Shown here in pieces: positions 39,706 through 52,300 of a stretch of 64,000 nucleotides of DNA. The DNA is from Azolla caroliniana. Its lineage: Eukaryota > Plantae > Polypodiophyta. The DNA lies in the NCBI GenBank assembly GCA_043228905.1, contig JBHGNT010000006.1, positions 16,430,001-16,494,000 of the forward strand, read 5' to 3'. A model generated the notes under the pieces. That model saw nothing but the letters and a program-made list of their open reading frames with translations, did no database searches and had not been told where the DNA came from. Positions within the stretch are counted from its first letter, which is position 1; the number at the start of each line of letters is the position of its first letter. A program made the translations under genes and the position numbers.

Positions 39706-40713
39706 TTGCTCCTCCCCCTCACCTTCTCCTCCATCCTACCACAGAGCTTCAGCCCACCGCAACCACTGGTCTCCTTCCCACGAACCTCCTCTGACGATGC
39801 CGATCTTCATATCTACTGCCTTACGCCGATGGCTCGTGGAGAAACGCTAGCACCCCCACACCTGAATGCCATGGACATCGCCAGGAAGCTTAACATCGAC
39901 ACGGTCACCAACTCCATCCGGAAGAAGTTGGACCTGTCATCGCTAGGAGAAAGGCATTTCGAAATCCCTCCTGTAGAGGCGTTGCAGCGATATTTCGGAC
40001 CATAGGACCATATTCCTCCTCCGCCAAGGCCTATAGAACGAACTAGATCTCGGATCCCTTCTTCCGTGAAGTTGCCAAGTTCCTACTAGATGTCGACTGC
40101 GTACATGTCAACGCATATGGGATGCCCAAGCCGAAGGCGGGCATCATTATCGATACCTTTGAAGGGTCTGCGGTCGATTGGGGGGTCATCACAGGACCGG
40201 CGTTAAGGGAAGGCATGCATGCGTATCAAGCAGGCAAAAAGCTCAGGCCGATCATACAACAGTACCTTATGGTACTATTCCCACCCCGAGGCCTGGCGGC
40301 ACCGCAGCCCAGCCGACCCACGCCCCTGCCCCGATCCGTGAAGCGCAGGTTAGCGGAGTTAGCGGCCCCAGAGTGGGTAGAGGAACCCCAACTTGCCCAG
40401 CCAGACACGAGGACAACACCTCCTGACCAGTCGGACACACGGACAATGCAGGAGGAACAGCCGGCACGTTCCATGGAAGCAGCCCCAAAGCCAGACACCG
40501 AAACACGAAAGGATAGCCCCAGACCGAAATGACGTAGATTGGACATGAAAGATGGGCAGGGGTTGGTCAAAGACGTCCCCACGACGACAGAGACACGGAC
40601 CGAAGGCGATGGGTCCGCAGCTACGGAACCCAATACCACCTTCGAAATCATCCAGGAGCCACGACTGATCATTACGACCCAGTCCCAATGAGGGAAAGCC
40701 GTATTGATGGCGG
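39706..40713 (+). pseudogene. N-terminal half of a decayed long ORF (continues at 59542); probable retroelement accessory ORF
   Basis: ORFs 39706.. and 40122..; FEGSAVDWGVITGPAL motif; frame joins 59542 across the GCGG TSD. Confidence 0.65.
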
Positions 40714-41830
40714 TGTCGTGAAGATTTTCGGCAATAGTGTGAAAATCCCATAAAACGTACAAAATCGAGTATGAATCATGTAATACAATAATTGTGAAGA
40801 TAAAATTTTTTATATCTAAGTACAAAATGATGGAGGTTTCGAATGCACTTTATTACACGAGAAATGGACAAATAAATGTCAAGATATGAGGGTATAAAGT
40901 TTGTGAAAAGAAAAGAGAAAATTGTGAGATATCCCACATAGGCACGACAAATACGGCTCTCATCATATATAAGGTGGAGCAAAAGATATTATCTTTGTGT
41001 CTATGTGTGGAGCATAGAGAGTTCAAGGTAACTTGAACTTAGAGTGGAGGTGGCTAGCTACTCGAAAAGGGTTTTGGCCAACCAAAACCGGACCGGCGAT
41101 GGAGCCGGTGATCCGACGGCATCTGACGGCAATCCGGCGGCGGCATGTGGCACTGGTATCCGGCGGCGGCATCGGTATCCGGCATCGGCGTCGGCATCCG
41201 GCGGCGGCATCGGTATCCGGCGACGGTATCCGGCGAACCGGCGAACCGGCGACTAGATAAAATAAATATATAAAAATATATACATATTTACATATACAAG
41301 GAGGGCAAGTATGGATTTGAACCTTGCACCTCCAAGTTAGGAGTCAAATGGCTTACCATTAAGCCATAGTATTTAGTTAAAATTATATTTCTATCATTGT
41401 ACTTTTACATGTAAATTCTCATTCATGAGTGCTAAAATGAGTGACATGGTTAGCATGCACCACATGTAATACTTAAGCGCCAAATGGCAAACATGCAATT
41501 TATGCATGTCTTGTACCCTCACATGCATCATATGCATGAGAGCATCTATAAAAGAGGGAAGGGGGAGGAGAAAAACATGGTTTTTTTTTTATGAAAATTA
41601 AGAAGAAGAATTTCGTTATCAAATCAATCGTGTAATCTCATCTTCTCTGTTTTCCTAATCTATCTTAAGTACTTTCTCGCCAAAGCTTGTATCGACTCTA
41701 AATCCTTCTTGTCCAAAACCCCGGCGGTTCCGCCTCACGATCCTTGCGTAGTGACGGATCTTCACGACATAATTAAGTGGTGAACCCGACGTGAAAGAGG
41801 CGGTAGGAAGGATCAAGTCGAGATTAATAC

Positions 41831-44035
41831 TTGGAGATGGCGTCCTCAAGCAACCAAGCGGGAGAGCTCGAAAGGATGATGCTAATCGTCGAGCAAATGA
41901 TGAGATCTCGGGACAACGACGTGAGCGTGGAGAAGGCTGTCGATCGTGTCGTAGAGCTCGAGGGCCAATTCGATGGAAGGAACGTTACGAAGTTCCTTGA
42001 TGCATATAAGAGGGAGATGAATCAAAGGGACGTGTCCGAGGCACGTCAAATCACAAGCTTCAAGAGAGTTGTCGCCAACAACATCCAAAGACGCGTCATC
42101 GAGCTTCAAGAAGGAAAGACAACATGGTCTGAGTTCGAGAAAACGATACTATCGGAGTTCGTGACTGAAGACTCAACAAGGATGACTCGACATGCCTTGA
42201 TGAAGTGGATAGAGAAGAAGAATAAGAAGATGAGCGTCTCGAGGGTGTACGATGAATTCGACCAGATGTTTAGTCGTCTCCCCAATACGGACCAAGTATT
42301 GCTTGAAGAGGACAAGACTTTGTACTTCTTGAAGGCCGTGGACATAAAGGATAGACGGGATTTGGGGACTCTTCTCGAAGTTGATACCCAAGCAAATGGG
42401 CTCGTAGCGGACTGGATCGCGGTGAAGCGGGCATGCAATAGGCTCGACAAGCGTCGCCAATGGGTTGATGACACCGACTTGATGGGACCGACTACCACGG
42501 AGAAAGCAAGACCGTCGAAAGTAGCTGAGCCGCCGAGACAAAGTAACATGGAAGAAAAGAAGATTGATGACGACATCATTGAAGAGCTAGCGAAGAAGTT
42601 CGAGAAGGTCACGCTAGCCAACATGAATTGTCGGGGCCCTAAAGGAAAAGAACCCTTTAGATGCGTGTGGTGCGATAACATGGACCACATGAGAAGGGAT
42701 TGTACGAGCCTTCGAGAGGCGATTCGACAAAATATCGTATACATAGAGGACAACATGATCTGCTCAAGCGAGACTAGAAGACCCCTACGGGTGAATTTCG
42801 GCAGAGGAGGAATGAAGAAATCTATGGAGGATGCCGATGCGACTCATGTGGATGCGATGCACTAAGTTGCGTCGGCCGGAATAAGAGTCGGGAAAGACAA
42901 GACTGAAGCTGCTAGAGCGGGAGCAAAGTTTTGGACTTCCGTTCTCGAATATGAGAAGAAGGGAAAAGTCACATCGAATGAGGTAGAGCTTGCGGACCGA
43001 AGCGTGCAAAACATAACCGGGTGGTCGGATCCGGTGGACGACAACACCATACTCGCGGAGGTGATGTGCGACAACCACGAGGTGTTCGTCGAAGAGAAGA
43101 GAAAGAGAATAGAAGAGCAAGGGCCATCAAAAAGACATGAAACAAGGAACGCGAAAAAGAAGGACGATGTGGAGACGAGTCGACCAATACAAACGGAGGA
43201 ACGAGAATCAAGCCGAAAAGGGGAGCTGAGCATACGAGTTGAAGAAACGGTTCGGCCCGTGAAGGTTGGTGTCGAAGACCCCACTCGGAGGACAAGGACC
43301 ATACCTACCTATAAGCTAAGGTCGGACATAGAGCAGACGACGGACCTAAAGAAGATTCTCGAAGAACGAGTTCTTGATAGCCACGTAACATTGTCCTTGA
43401 GGGAATTGCTTGGCATTACGAAGAAGGAGTTCCATGACACGATCATGGACCTTGTAAAGAGAAAGAGACAACAATCGGATGAGGAAGAAGAGAAGCCGCA
43501 GAAAGCAAAAACGAATGCCATAACGATGGCAAGAGACGAAATCGATGAAGATATGGTGGACAACCACTACACTCGACCTCATTGGGCACGAGCGACAACG
43601 GAGACGCCGGTGAAGATCGGGGAGAAGAAAGAGACTGTCGTAGCCTTGATCGACCACGGCTCGGAGATCAACCTCATGTCAACCGACTTCTACAAAAAGG
43701 GAAGATGGCCAATCAATACAAACCACGGATGGAAGATTCGCGCGGCAACAAAGTCTACGGAGGACTTATACGGAGCTTGTCCCAATGTCAAAGTCACGAT
43801 CGGGGATGTGGAGATGGATCAACACTTCTTCGTACAAGAATCGGCGTCGCATCCTGTCATCCTAGGGCAACCTTATATCACATCATCTCGGATGGAGACC
43901 AAAGTGTTTGATAATGGAGCAGCCTTCGCACGAATAAAGAGTCTTGACAACCAAAGATCGGTCCAATTCCTAACAGTGCGAGCCAATCATGAAAGGAATC
44001 GAGATAGTCTCGGAGGCGAATCCTCGGATTTTTAG
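41831..44035 (+). pseudogene. gag: Element A gag-protease ORF (in-frame stop at 42863-42865)
   Basis: FDGRNVTKFL, CVWCDNMDHMRRDC knuckle, LIDHGSEINLM protease; ORFs 41831 and 43004 share a frame. Confidence 0.92.
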
Positions 44036-44090
44036 AGCGGACTATTGAAGCATGGGGCACAAATAGTCCGAGCAATCACAAGACCCCACA
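44026..44090 (+). promoter_or_regulatory. Predicted -1 ribosomal frameshift signal (GGAUUUU + H-type pseudoknot)
   Basis: ggatttt 44026-32 before the gag TAG; stem cggactatt/aatagtccg; loop tgggg pairs with cccca 44084-88; pol is in the -1 frame; conserved in C. Confidence 0.8.
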
Positions 44091-47000
44091 AGAAAGAAGA
44101 ATGCGTGGATTGCAAGGAGAAGCAACATGTGTCACACCTAGTGGCGCATGTAAACTAGTACTACCCGACAAGAAGCACAAGCGCCGGATACAAGAATTTG
44201 AGAAGATGCTGAAAGAAGAGAACATAATAGAAGAAGGAGAGTTCGTGACTCATATTATGGAAGAAGCCTCATTTAACGACACCATCGACGAAATTGAGGA
44301 CGTCGTGGACTTGAGCTATCTTCACAACCAACGTGTGATTTCGGTTAACTCCGTCAACATGTACGCTATCATCAATGAATACCGTCGTGGCATCTCGATG
44401 AATGAAGCTGACATTAACACGAAATATAAAACAGTGGATAAGAAGATCAAGCCAGTTGCGGTTCCGCTACCGGAAGATAGCTGGCAAAAGATGAAGGAAG
44501 TCGCTAACGATCCAAGCTTAAGAGATCCGAAGAAGATAGGTCATGACTTCACCAAAGAGACGAAGGGGAAGCTATGAGTTGGAAAGGAGGATTTCCTTCT
44601 CCCTGAAGAGGAGCGAATGTTTCGCGATATGCTTGAGAGACATGGGAAGGCTTTCACATTCTTCCCACGAGAAATCGGATGCGCCGACCCAAAGATTATA
44701 GAGCCAATGGTGATCTTCACGGTGCCTCATGTGCCTTGGAACTTGAAACCGATACCGGTTCCGAGAGCACACCTTCCGAAGCTGATCGAGCTCTTAAAGG
44801 AGAAGGTGAGTATGGGAATTCTAGAACCGTCGAATGCTCCTTATTCCAATAGGTGGTTCACGGTGCTGAAGAAGAATGGATCATTGCGATTCATCCAAGA
44901 TCTTCAACCCGTCAACAAGGTGACAATTCGAAATGCCGGAATCGGTCCGAGCGTGGACGAATTTGCCGAAGCATTTGCGGGCCGGTCCATCTACTCCATT
45001 GGCGATCTCTACTCCGGATATGACCAATTCCAATTGGCGATCGACAGTCGGGACATTACAACCATGAGGACTCCGATTGGGCTTGTGCGGATGTGTACCT
45101 TACCCCAAGGCGCAACGAACTCGGTGGCTCATATGGTGAATGCCATGAATAAAGTCTTGAAGGATTGCATTCCGGACATCACGATGCCATTCTTGGATGA
45201 TATTCCGATAAAAGGATGTTCGGATGAGGAGAAAGATGAATTGAAAGATAAGGAAGGTTGTAGAAAGTTCGTTGCGGATCATATGAAAGATTGCGAGAAG
45301 GTGCTTCAAAGGCTCGAAGATGCGAATTTGACATTTTCGGGAGAAAAATCCGCATTCGGGCAACCAGAGATCTTGGTGGTAGGTCACTTGTGTGGAGCAT
45401 ACGGCCGGAAGCCCTCGCCATCCAAAGTGAACGCAATCCAAGACATGAAAGAAGAATGCGAAAACCAAACGGAGGTTCGAAGGTTCCTTGGAGCGTGCGC
45501 GTTTTATCATATATGGATTCCTCACTACGCTCATGTCACCGAACCATTATATGGACTACTAAGGAAAAGAATAAAGTTCGAATGGCGAGACGAGCACACA
45601 GAGGCGATGCGAAGATTAAAGAAACTGCTTCTTGAAGCTCCAGCACTAAGGAAGGCCGACTATGCCAAAGGGAAACCAATTTACGTGACTGTAGATACGA
45701 GCCCAACCGGAATCGGGTGGGTCATCAATCAAGAAGGTGAAGATAATGCGCGATATGCCATCCGGTTCGGAGCAAAGGTTCTCAGCGAACGGCAACAAAG
45801 ATATGCCCAAGTCAAGCGGGAACTTTGGGGTATTGTGTCGGCAGTGAAGATGGACAAAGATTACCTGATCGGGTCAGAAGTGATAATAGAGACAGATTGT
45901 CTCCCAATTCTCGGAATGGTCTCGGGATGTGTGACCCCAGATCTTGCTATGCTAAGGTGGATCGCCTACATCAAGTCTTTAAACCCAGAGATCCGTCACA
46001 TCGCAGGGAAGAAGAACGCCATGGCTGACATGCTGTCAAGGGCAAGATTTTCAAATGGAAGTAACATGGTTTCGGAAGATGAAGATGTCGCCCTCGACTT
46101 CTTCAAGATGGCTCGATTGTCGGCGGAAGACCAGGACACGCAAACCCTCCACGCCTTCAACGAGAACGAGTACGAAGGAGAGGGGTTACTCATCGTTAGA
46201 TTCCTAAGAACATTGACGACCGATGCTTCGTTGACAAAGGAGGAGGCCCTACGAATCCGGAAGAAAGCTTATCGATACTTCTTATAGGGAGGATTCCTTT
46301 GGCGACATCCAAAAAGAAGGATAGGAATACCACGTCGAGTGGTGGTAAAGAAAGAAGAGCAAGAGACGCTGATGACCGAATTCCACGAGAGTGCTTGGGC
46401 AGGTCATAGAGGAACATGGGCGACGTTCGAAAAATTGAAGGAGAAGTACTGGTGGCCAAGCATGTACAAAGATGTACTCCATTTCGTGTCCACATGTGGA
46501 ACTTGCCAAATATATTCAAATATACGTCATCGTGATGAGTTAAAGCCGACATACCCACTCACCATTCACTTCAAATGGATGGTGGATCTGGTCTCGATGC
46601 CAATGGGAGTGGGACAAATGAAGTACTTAGCGCTCGCAAGGGAAGACTTGACAAATCAAGTGGAAGGACGAGCCTTGATAAATAAGACGACTTCAGCCGT
46701 TTGTAAATTTTTACTTGAAGATGTTGTTTGCCGATATGGATGTGTAGGGAAGATAGTGGCCGACCGAGGGGAGTTGGACGCGCACGAAGCGACGGAGCTC
46801 TTCGAAAGACTAGGCGTGAAGCTCTCCCTCACGACTGCCTACAATCCGGAAGCAAATGGGAAGATCGAGCGAGGGCATGGACCTATCGTTAAAGCCATTG
46901 TACGGGCATGCAACGGTCGAGTCGGGAATTGGCCACGACTATTACCCTATGCCTTGTGGGCCGATAGAACGACACATAGCTCGGTGACAGGGTATATGCC

Positions 47001-47520
47001 GACGGAGCTTATGTATGGACAAAAGCCGATTATGCCCATCGAAAGGACGATCGCCTCATGGGTAGCGATACCGTGGGAGAACGAGATGAGCCGTGAAGAG
47101 TTATTAGCGGCGCGGATAAGGCAACTTGAAAGAAGACCTGAAGATTTAGAAAAAGCGCGAAAGATGATGAAGGCAGCCCGAGTAAAGAACAAAGTTCGGT
47201 TCGACAACACGCATCGACTTCGTCCCAAGAAGATTGAAGAAGGGGATTGGGTTTTGGTTTACGACAGCACCCTTGACAATCAACATAGTACGACAAGGAA
47301 GTTCGCAAGAAGATGGTTCGGGCCGTATGTGGTGACAAGTGCCAACGATAATGCCACATACCACCTTGTGGAACTAGACGGATCAAGGATGGCCGTACCC
47401 ATTGGGGGAAAAAGAGTAAAGCTTTTCAAGAAAAGACAAGACAAGGATCCTGACCTCGATTACCTCGACGATGGACATAATAGGCCGGATGAAAATGAAG
47501 ACATGGAGGAATCTAATTGA
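44032..47520 (+). pseudogene. pol: Element A pol: RT-RNase H-integrase (stops at ~44575 and ~46285)
   Basis: LRFIQDLQPVN, DLYSGYDQF, PQGATNS, FLDD, VDTSPTGIG, HES..AGHRG..C..C, VADRG, YNPEANGKIERGH, WFGPY; no chromodomain. Confidence 0.94.
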
Positions 47521-49335
47521 TCATCGTAGCCGAAATCTCACTTCTTCTCTTCTTGGCACGTACCGGAGGACGTGCGGTTTGGTGGGAGTGGATGTCGTGA
47601 AGATTTTCGGCAATAGTGTGAAAATCCCATAAAACGTACAAAATCGAGTATGAATCATGTAATACAATAATTGTGAAGATAACATTTTTTATATCTAAGT
47701 ACAAAATGATGGAGGTTTCGAATGCACTTTATTACACGAGAAATGGACAAATAAATGTCAAGATATGAGGGTATAAAGTTTGTGAAAAGAAAAGAGAAAA
47801 TTGTGAGATATCCCACATAGGCACGACAAATACGGCTCTCATCATATATAAGGTGGAGCAAAAGATATTATCTTTGTGTCTATGTGTGGAGCATAGAGAG
47901 TTCAAGGTAACTTGAACTTAGAGTGGAGGTGGCTAGCTACTCGAAAAGGGTTTTGGCCAACCAAAACCGAACCGGCGATGGATCCGGTGATCCGACGGCA
48001 TCCGACGGCAATCCGGCGGCGGCATGCGGCACCGGTATCCGGCGTCGGTATCCGGTGGCGGTATCCGGCAGCGGTGGCGGTACCGGTATCCGGCGTCGGC
48101 GACGGTATCCGGCGAACCGGCGACTAGATAAAATAAATATATAAAAATATATACATATACAAGGAGGGCAAGTATGGATTTGAACCTTGCACCTCCAAGT
48201 TAGGAGTCAAATGGCTTACCATTAAGCCATAGTATTTAATTGAAATTATATTTCTATCATTGTACTTTTACATGTAAATTCTCATTCATGAGTGCTAAAA
48301 TGAGTGACATGGTTAGCATGCACCATATGTAATACTTAAGCGCCAAATGGCAAACATGCAATTTATGCATGTCTTGTACCCTCACATGCATCATATGCAT
48401 GAGAGCATCTATAAAAGAGGGAAGGGGGAGGAGAAAAACATGGTTTTTTTTTTATGAAAATTAAGAAGAAGAATTTCATTATCAAATCAATCGTGTAATC
48501 TCATCTTCTCTCTTTTCCCAATCTATCTTAAGTACTTTCTCGCCAAAGCTTGTATCGACTCTAAATCCTTCTTGTCCAGAACCCCGGCGGTTCCGCCTCA
48601 CGATCCGTGCGTAGTGATGGATCTTCACGACATAATTAAGTCGATGTCGTGACGATTTTCGGCTACGGTGTGAAACCGAGTGAGACGAATAAACCAATGA
48701 TGTGCAACATTGCACATACACTTAGCAAATAAGCCTCCTAAGGCCTAGTGGCACTTGAGTTCATACAGAGGGGTGCAATCAAGGTTTGAACCTTGCACCT
48801 CTAAGATACAAGATAATTGCCTTACCACTAGGACAACTATCATATAATGTAGATTTTATGTATTTCCTTTTCATATACAAATTATAGACGAAACAACCAT
48901 AGAAAACCATGTGCACAAAACCATGGTTTTAAACCCATGGTTTGTGCATGACATAAGCAAAACCGTGTGCACAAAACCATGGTTTTAGCCCATGGTTTTG
49001 TGCATGTCACAAGCATGGAAAGACCTATAAAAGCCTCTAGTTGGGCTTGTGTAAGGGGGGCTCAATATGTGATATCACCAACACCACTATCATCAATATA
49101 ATTATATTTGTCTTTATCTTCTTCATATTTTTCTACTTCTCAAGTGTACAATTTTTCTTCTTCTCAAGTAAACCAATTTCATCTAATCTTACATTGATCG
49201 TCATCTCTTCGATAATTCCGCGAACATCCTCCCCAGTCCAAGACCCCGGTGGTCGCTCGAGTAGCACACGCACGCGCGAATCTTCGCGACATCATTTGGT
49301 GAACCCGACGTGAAGAGCAGCAGGGGAGGACGAAG

Positions 49336-52300
49336 ATGGATGGCGAATATCTCATGGAGGCAATGTCAAGAAGGATGATGGAGTTTCTGAGAGAAGGGAA
49401 AAGAAGAAATGAAGCCCAACAAGCCGTCGACAGGGTAGTCGAGCGAGTGAGCTATTTCAACGGCGCCGAAGTCCAAAGTTTCCTAAAAGTCTACAATGCG
49501 GAGATGGATTCAAGAGGTGTGGACAAAGCTATGAGGCTAGAGTACTTTTGTCGGGTGGTGTCTCAACCGATCTTCAAAGATGTAAAAGAGCTTCTAGAAG
49601 CTCATGATTCGTGGGCGACTTTCGAGAAGGCTCTATTGGAGGAATATGGCTATGAGAGACTGAAGGGACGAGATCGACGCAACTTCGACCAATGGGTGAC
49701 ATCAGCGAAGACCCACGAAGGTGCGACACAAGCATTCGTAGACTTCGAGCATCATTTTTCTCAATTGTCGGAGCGGGAACAAAGATTGGTGGGGGTCGAT
49801 AAGATCCTTATGTTCGTGAAGTCAATCGATCGAATGGAAAGGATGGCGATCGGCCTCAAACTCGAAGAAGATGATGGTGCAAATGGCCTCATCGAGGATT
49901 GGAGCAAAGTGGAAAGTGTATGCCGACTACACGATAAGGGGCAAGCGAGAATATCGGCAACAGCAAGACGGCCTATGAGGGACGATCGAAGAGGGACGAG
50001 ATGCAACAACGCGCCACCAACAAAAGAAATGAAGCTTAAAAGGGAGACAAAACCGAGGCGAATGGTGATCGAGGAAGAAGAGACCTCCCAACAAATGCGG
50101 GTTAATGAAGTGGCCGATACAAAGGCTCTGGTTCGGTATGACGGTACCGAGAGAGAATGTGTGAAACAAGTCACCTTCTTGTCTTACAAAGAAACGACGG
50201 CGAAGGAGGAGGCCGATGACTCGAGGACGGCGAACGCCACTTCGAGGGAGGATAAATGTTTCGGAACACGCATTGTTTACGAAACATCGGGTGATGAAGG
50301 CGCAAGCATTAGAAAATCTTGCATGATCGAGGGAGATAAAGTGTTTGAGTTCGACGTGATTGAGGAGGTAGCCATGACAAACGACATCGAGCCGCAGGTG
50401 GCTATGGATGAGTCGACGACGGATAGCCATGTCGACACTTTCTTCACGCTTGTTCCAGAGACTTCGGCGGTTGCACCCATGTGCCAACGTGAGACCGGAG
50501 AGACGGAAGGTGGTGACGGGAAGACAAAGGCCCAACACAAGGAGGAAGAAGATCGAGGAAGAAAGGATATCCCCACACCTAATCTAGAGACTTCGGCGGT
50601 TGTGCACGTGCGCCAACGTGAGACCGGAGAGACGGAATGTGTGGACAAAAAAGGGGACGACCGGAAGGGCGATGAAGAAGACAAGGTAAATGTGCATGAG
50701 CGAAGGGATTCCTTCACACCGGTTTCGGAGACTTCGGCAGTCGAGACTGTTGTCTGTCTGGCTGGACTAGCCTCAACACAGGTGTCTACCCGACACTTCT
50801 CCAAAGGGGTGGTAAGGATTGGATGCTAGGTTACACGCATAAGATGATTACGATTAAGCACGGACGACAAACAATACAAGATACAGATAAATACACAATA
50901 ATTACTATTGTATTACTTCCGTCAAAAAAACTTTACAAATCATCGGATCCTTTTATAGGCATCCGGCAAGGTTACAATCGGTGCGCTTAGGCAACCGACA
51001 TCCGAATCGGTTCGGATCCGGATCGGTAAAACTGTACCGAATCCGTCCCTCCGAATAATAATTCTACTATTACTTCCTATTATCCGATCCGATTCCGCCT
51101 TCCCACTTGTCCTTGCTCTTCTGACCGGCCAACACATGGCACGCCCGTGGGAAAGTGCCTTGCACTTCGAATCCACTCCCGGCCTCAGTCTTCCTCCAAA
51201 ATATCGAGCACACTTTGCTCGATAGTGTCAAGTGGTGCTTCTTCCTCCTGTTCCTGTTCCTTGCCTGCCTGGTCTCCGACCTCCTGTTGGGTAGGCTGTT
51301 CCGTAAAAATTTTCTGCTCCGGCTCTGCTTGATTCCGTGGTGCCGGTGCTTCCTCATCGCTTCGTCCGGGTTCTTCCTGTTCTCCCTCCGTTTCTGGCTC
51401 TGTTCTGTTACCGGTGTCGCTTTCTCCGGTCTCGACTGGTCGACTTGATATGCCTCCTTCCTCTGCTCTGGTGTCTTCCGGTCTCAGCTCTTCTTCTTCT
51501 CCGGCATCGGTCCGCTCCTGCTCTTCTTCAAGTTCGTCTTCAGGTATTCCTCGTCAGGGTTGTTCGGTGTCGGTTGGTTCATCTTCCGTCGGTCGCGTTC
51601 CCTCACCAATAGTGGTTGGCGTCGTTCTTCCCTTAGCTTCCTGTCGTAACCGGTCCTGCTCGTATCTCTTCAACTCCAACTGAGTTGCGAGCTGCCCGTC
51701 ATCCAACCTCTCTACCAACCCTCGGATTTCTTTGAGGTGTTCTTCTGCTAAAGTGTAGAAATCCTCTGACAATTCCTCCGCTTTGTTCGGGTCGGTTCGT
51801 GTGGATACCGGATCCTTCTGTCGGTTTTCCGGGATGGTCCTCGTTAGTATTGGTGTCGGTTCTTCCTCGGTCTGAATGTCTTCAGCAGCGTCTGTCGGTG
51901 TCGGTTCCTCATCTTGCCGGATTTCCGGGTTTCGCTTGAACGGGTTGGCTGGCATATTTCCTTTATACGGCTTTAGCCGAAATCCATTTGCCCACTTGCC
52001 GATGACATCTCCAGACAATGTGCCGAGCTGATACGGCCCATTATACTCCTTGGTGATCCAGAACGGTCCGGTCCATCCAAACCGCAACTTTCCCGGCATG
52101 TTCCCCATCCTTGTCTGGAATAGTAGCACCGGTTTCCCGACTTCGAACTCCTTTTCATTGCCACGCCGGTGTCGGTCCACGAAGGCTTTTCTCCTCCTTT
52201 GCTCCAGTTCGAGTTGTAGTAAGCTGGCTATTTGGTTTTCCTCTAATTCCAACAGCGTTGCCAGTCGGATTCGTTCGGACTCGTTCTCACTTAAGCGCTC

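Larger units (their letters stand above)
40714..48632 (+). mobile_element. Element A: full-length autonomous-type tRNA-Trp-primed gypsy
   Basis: LTRs 40714-41769 and 47593-48632; PBS tggtgaacccgacgtgaa 41778-41795; PPT 47576-47592; gag-protease and pol with few stops. Confidence 0.97.

Noticed and set aside
41300-41373. Functional tRNA gene
   Set aside because: Acceptor and anticodon stems do not pair properly; kept only as a tRNA-like promoter cassette
49041-49313. Hydrophobic ORF in the B LTR as a membrane or env peptide
   Set aside because: TTG start, and it derives from the T-rich tract downstream of the LTR TATA box
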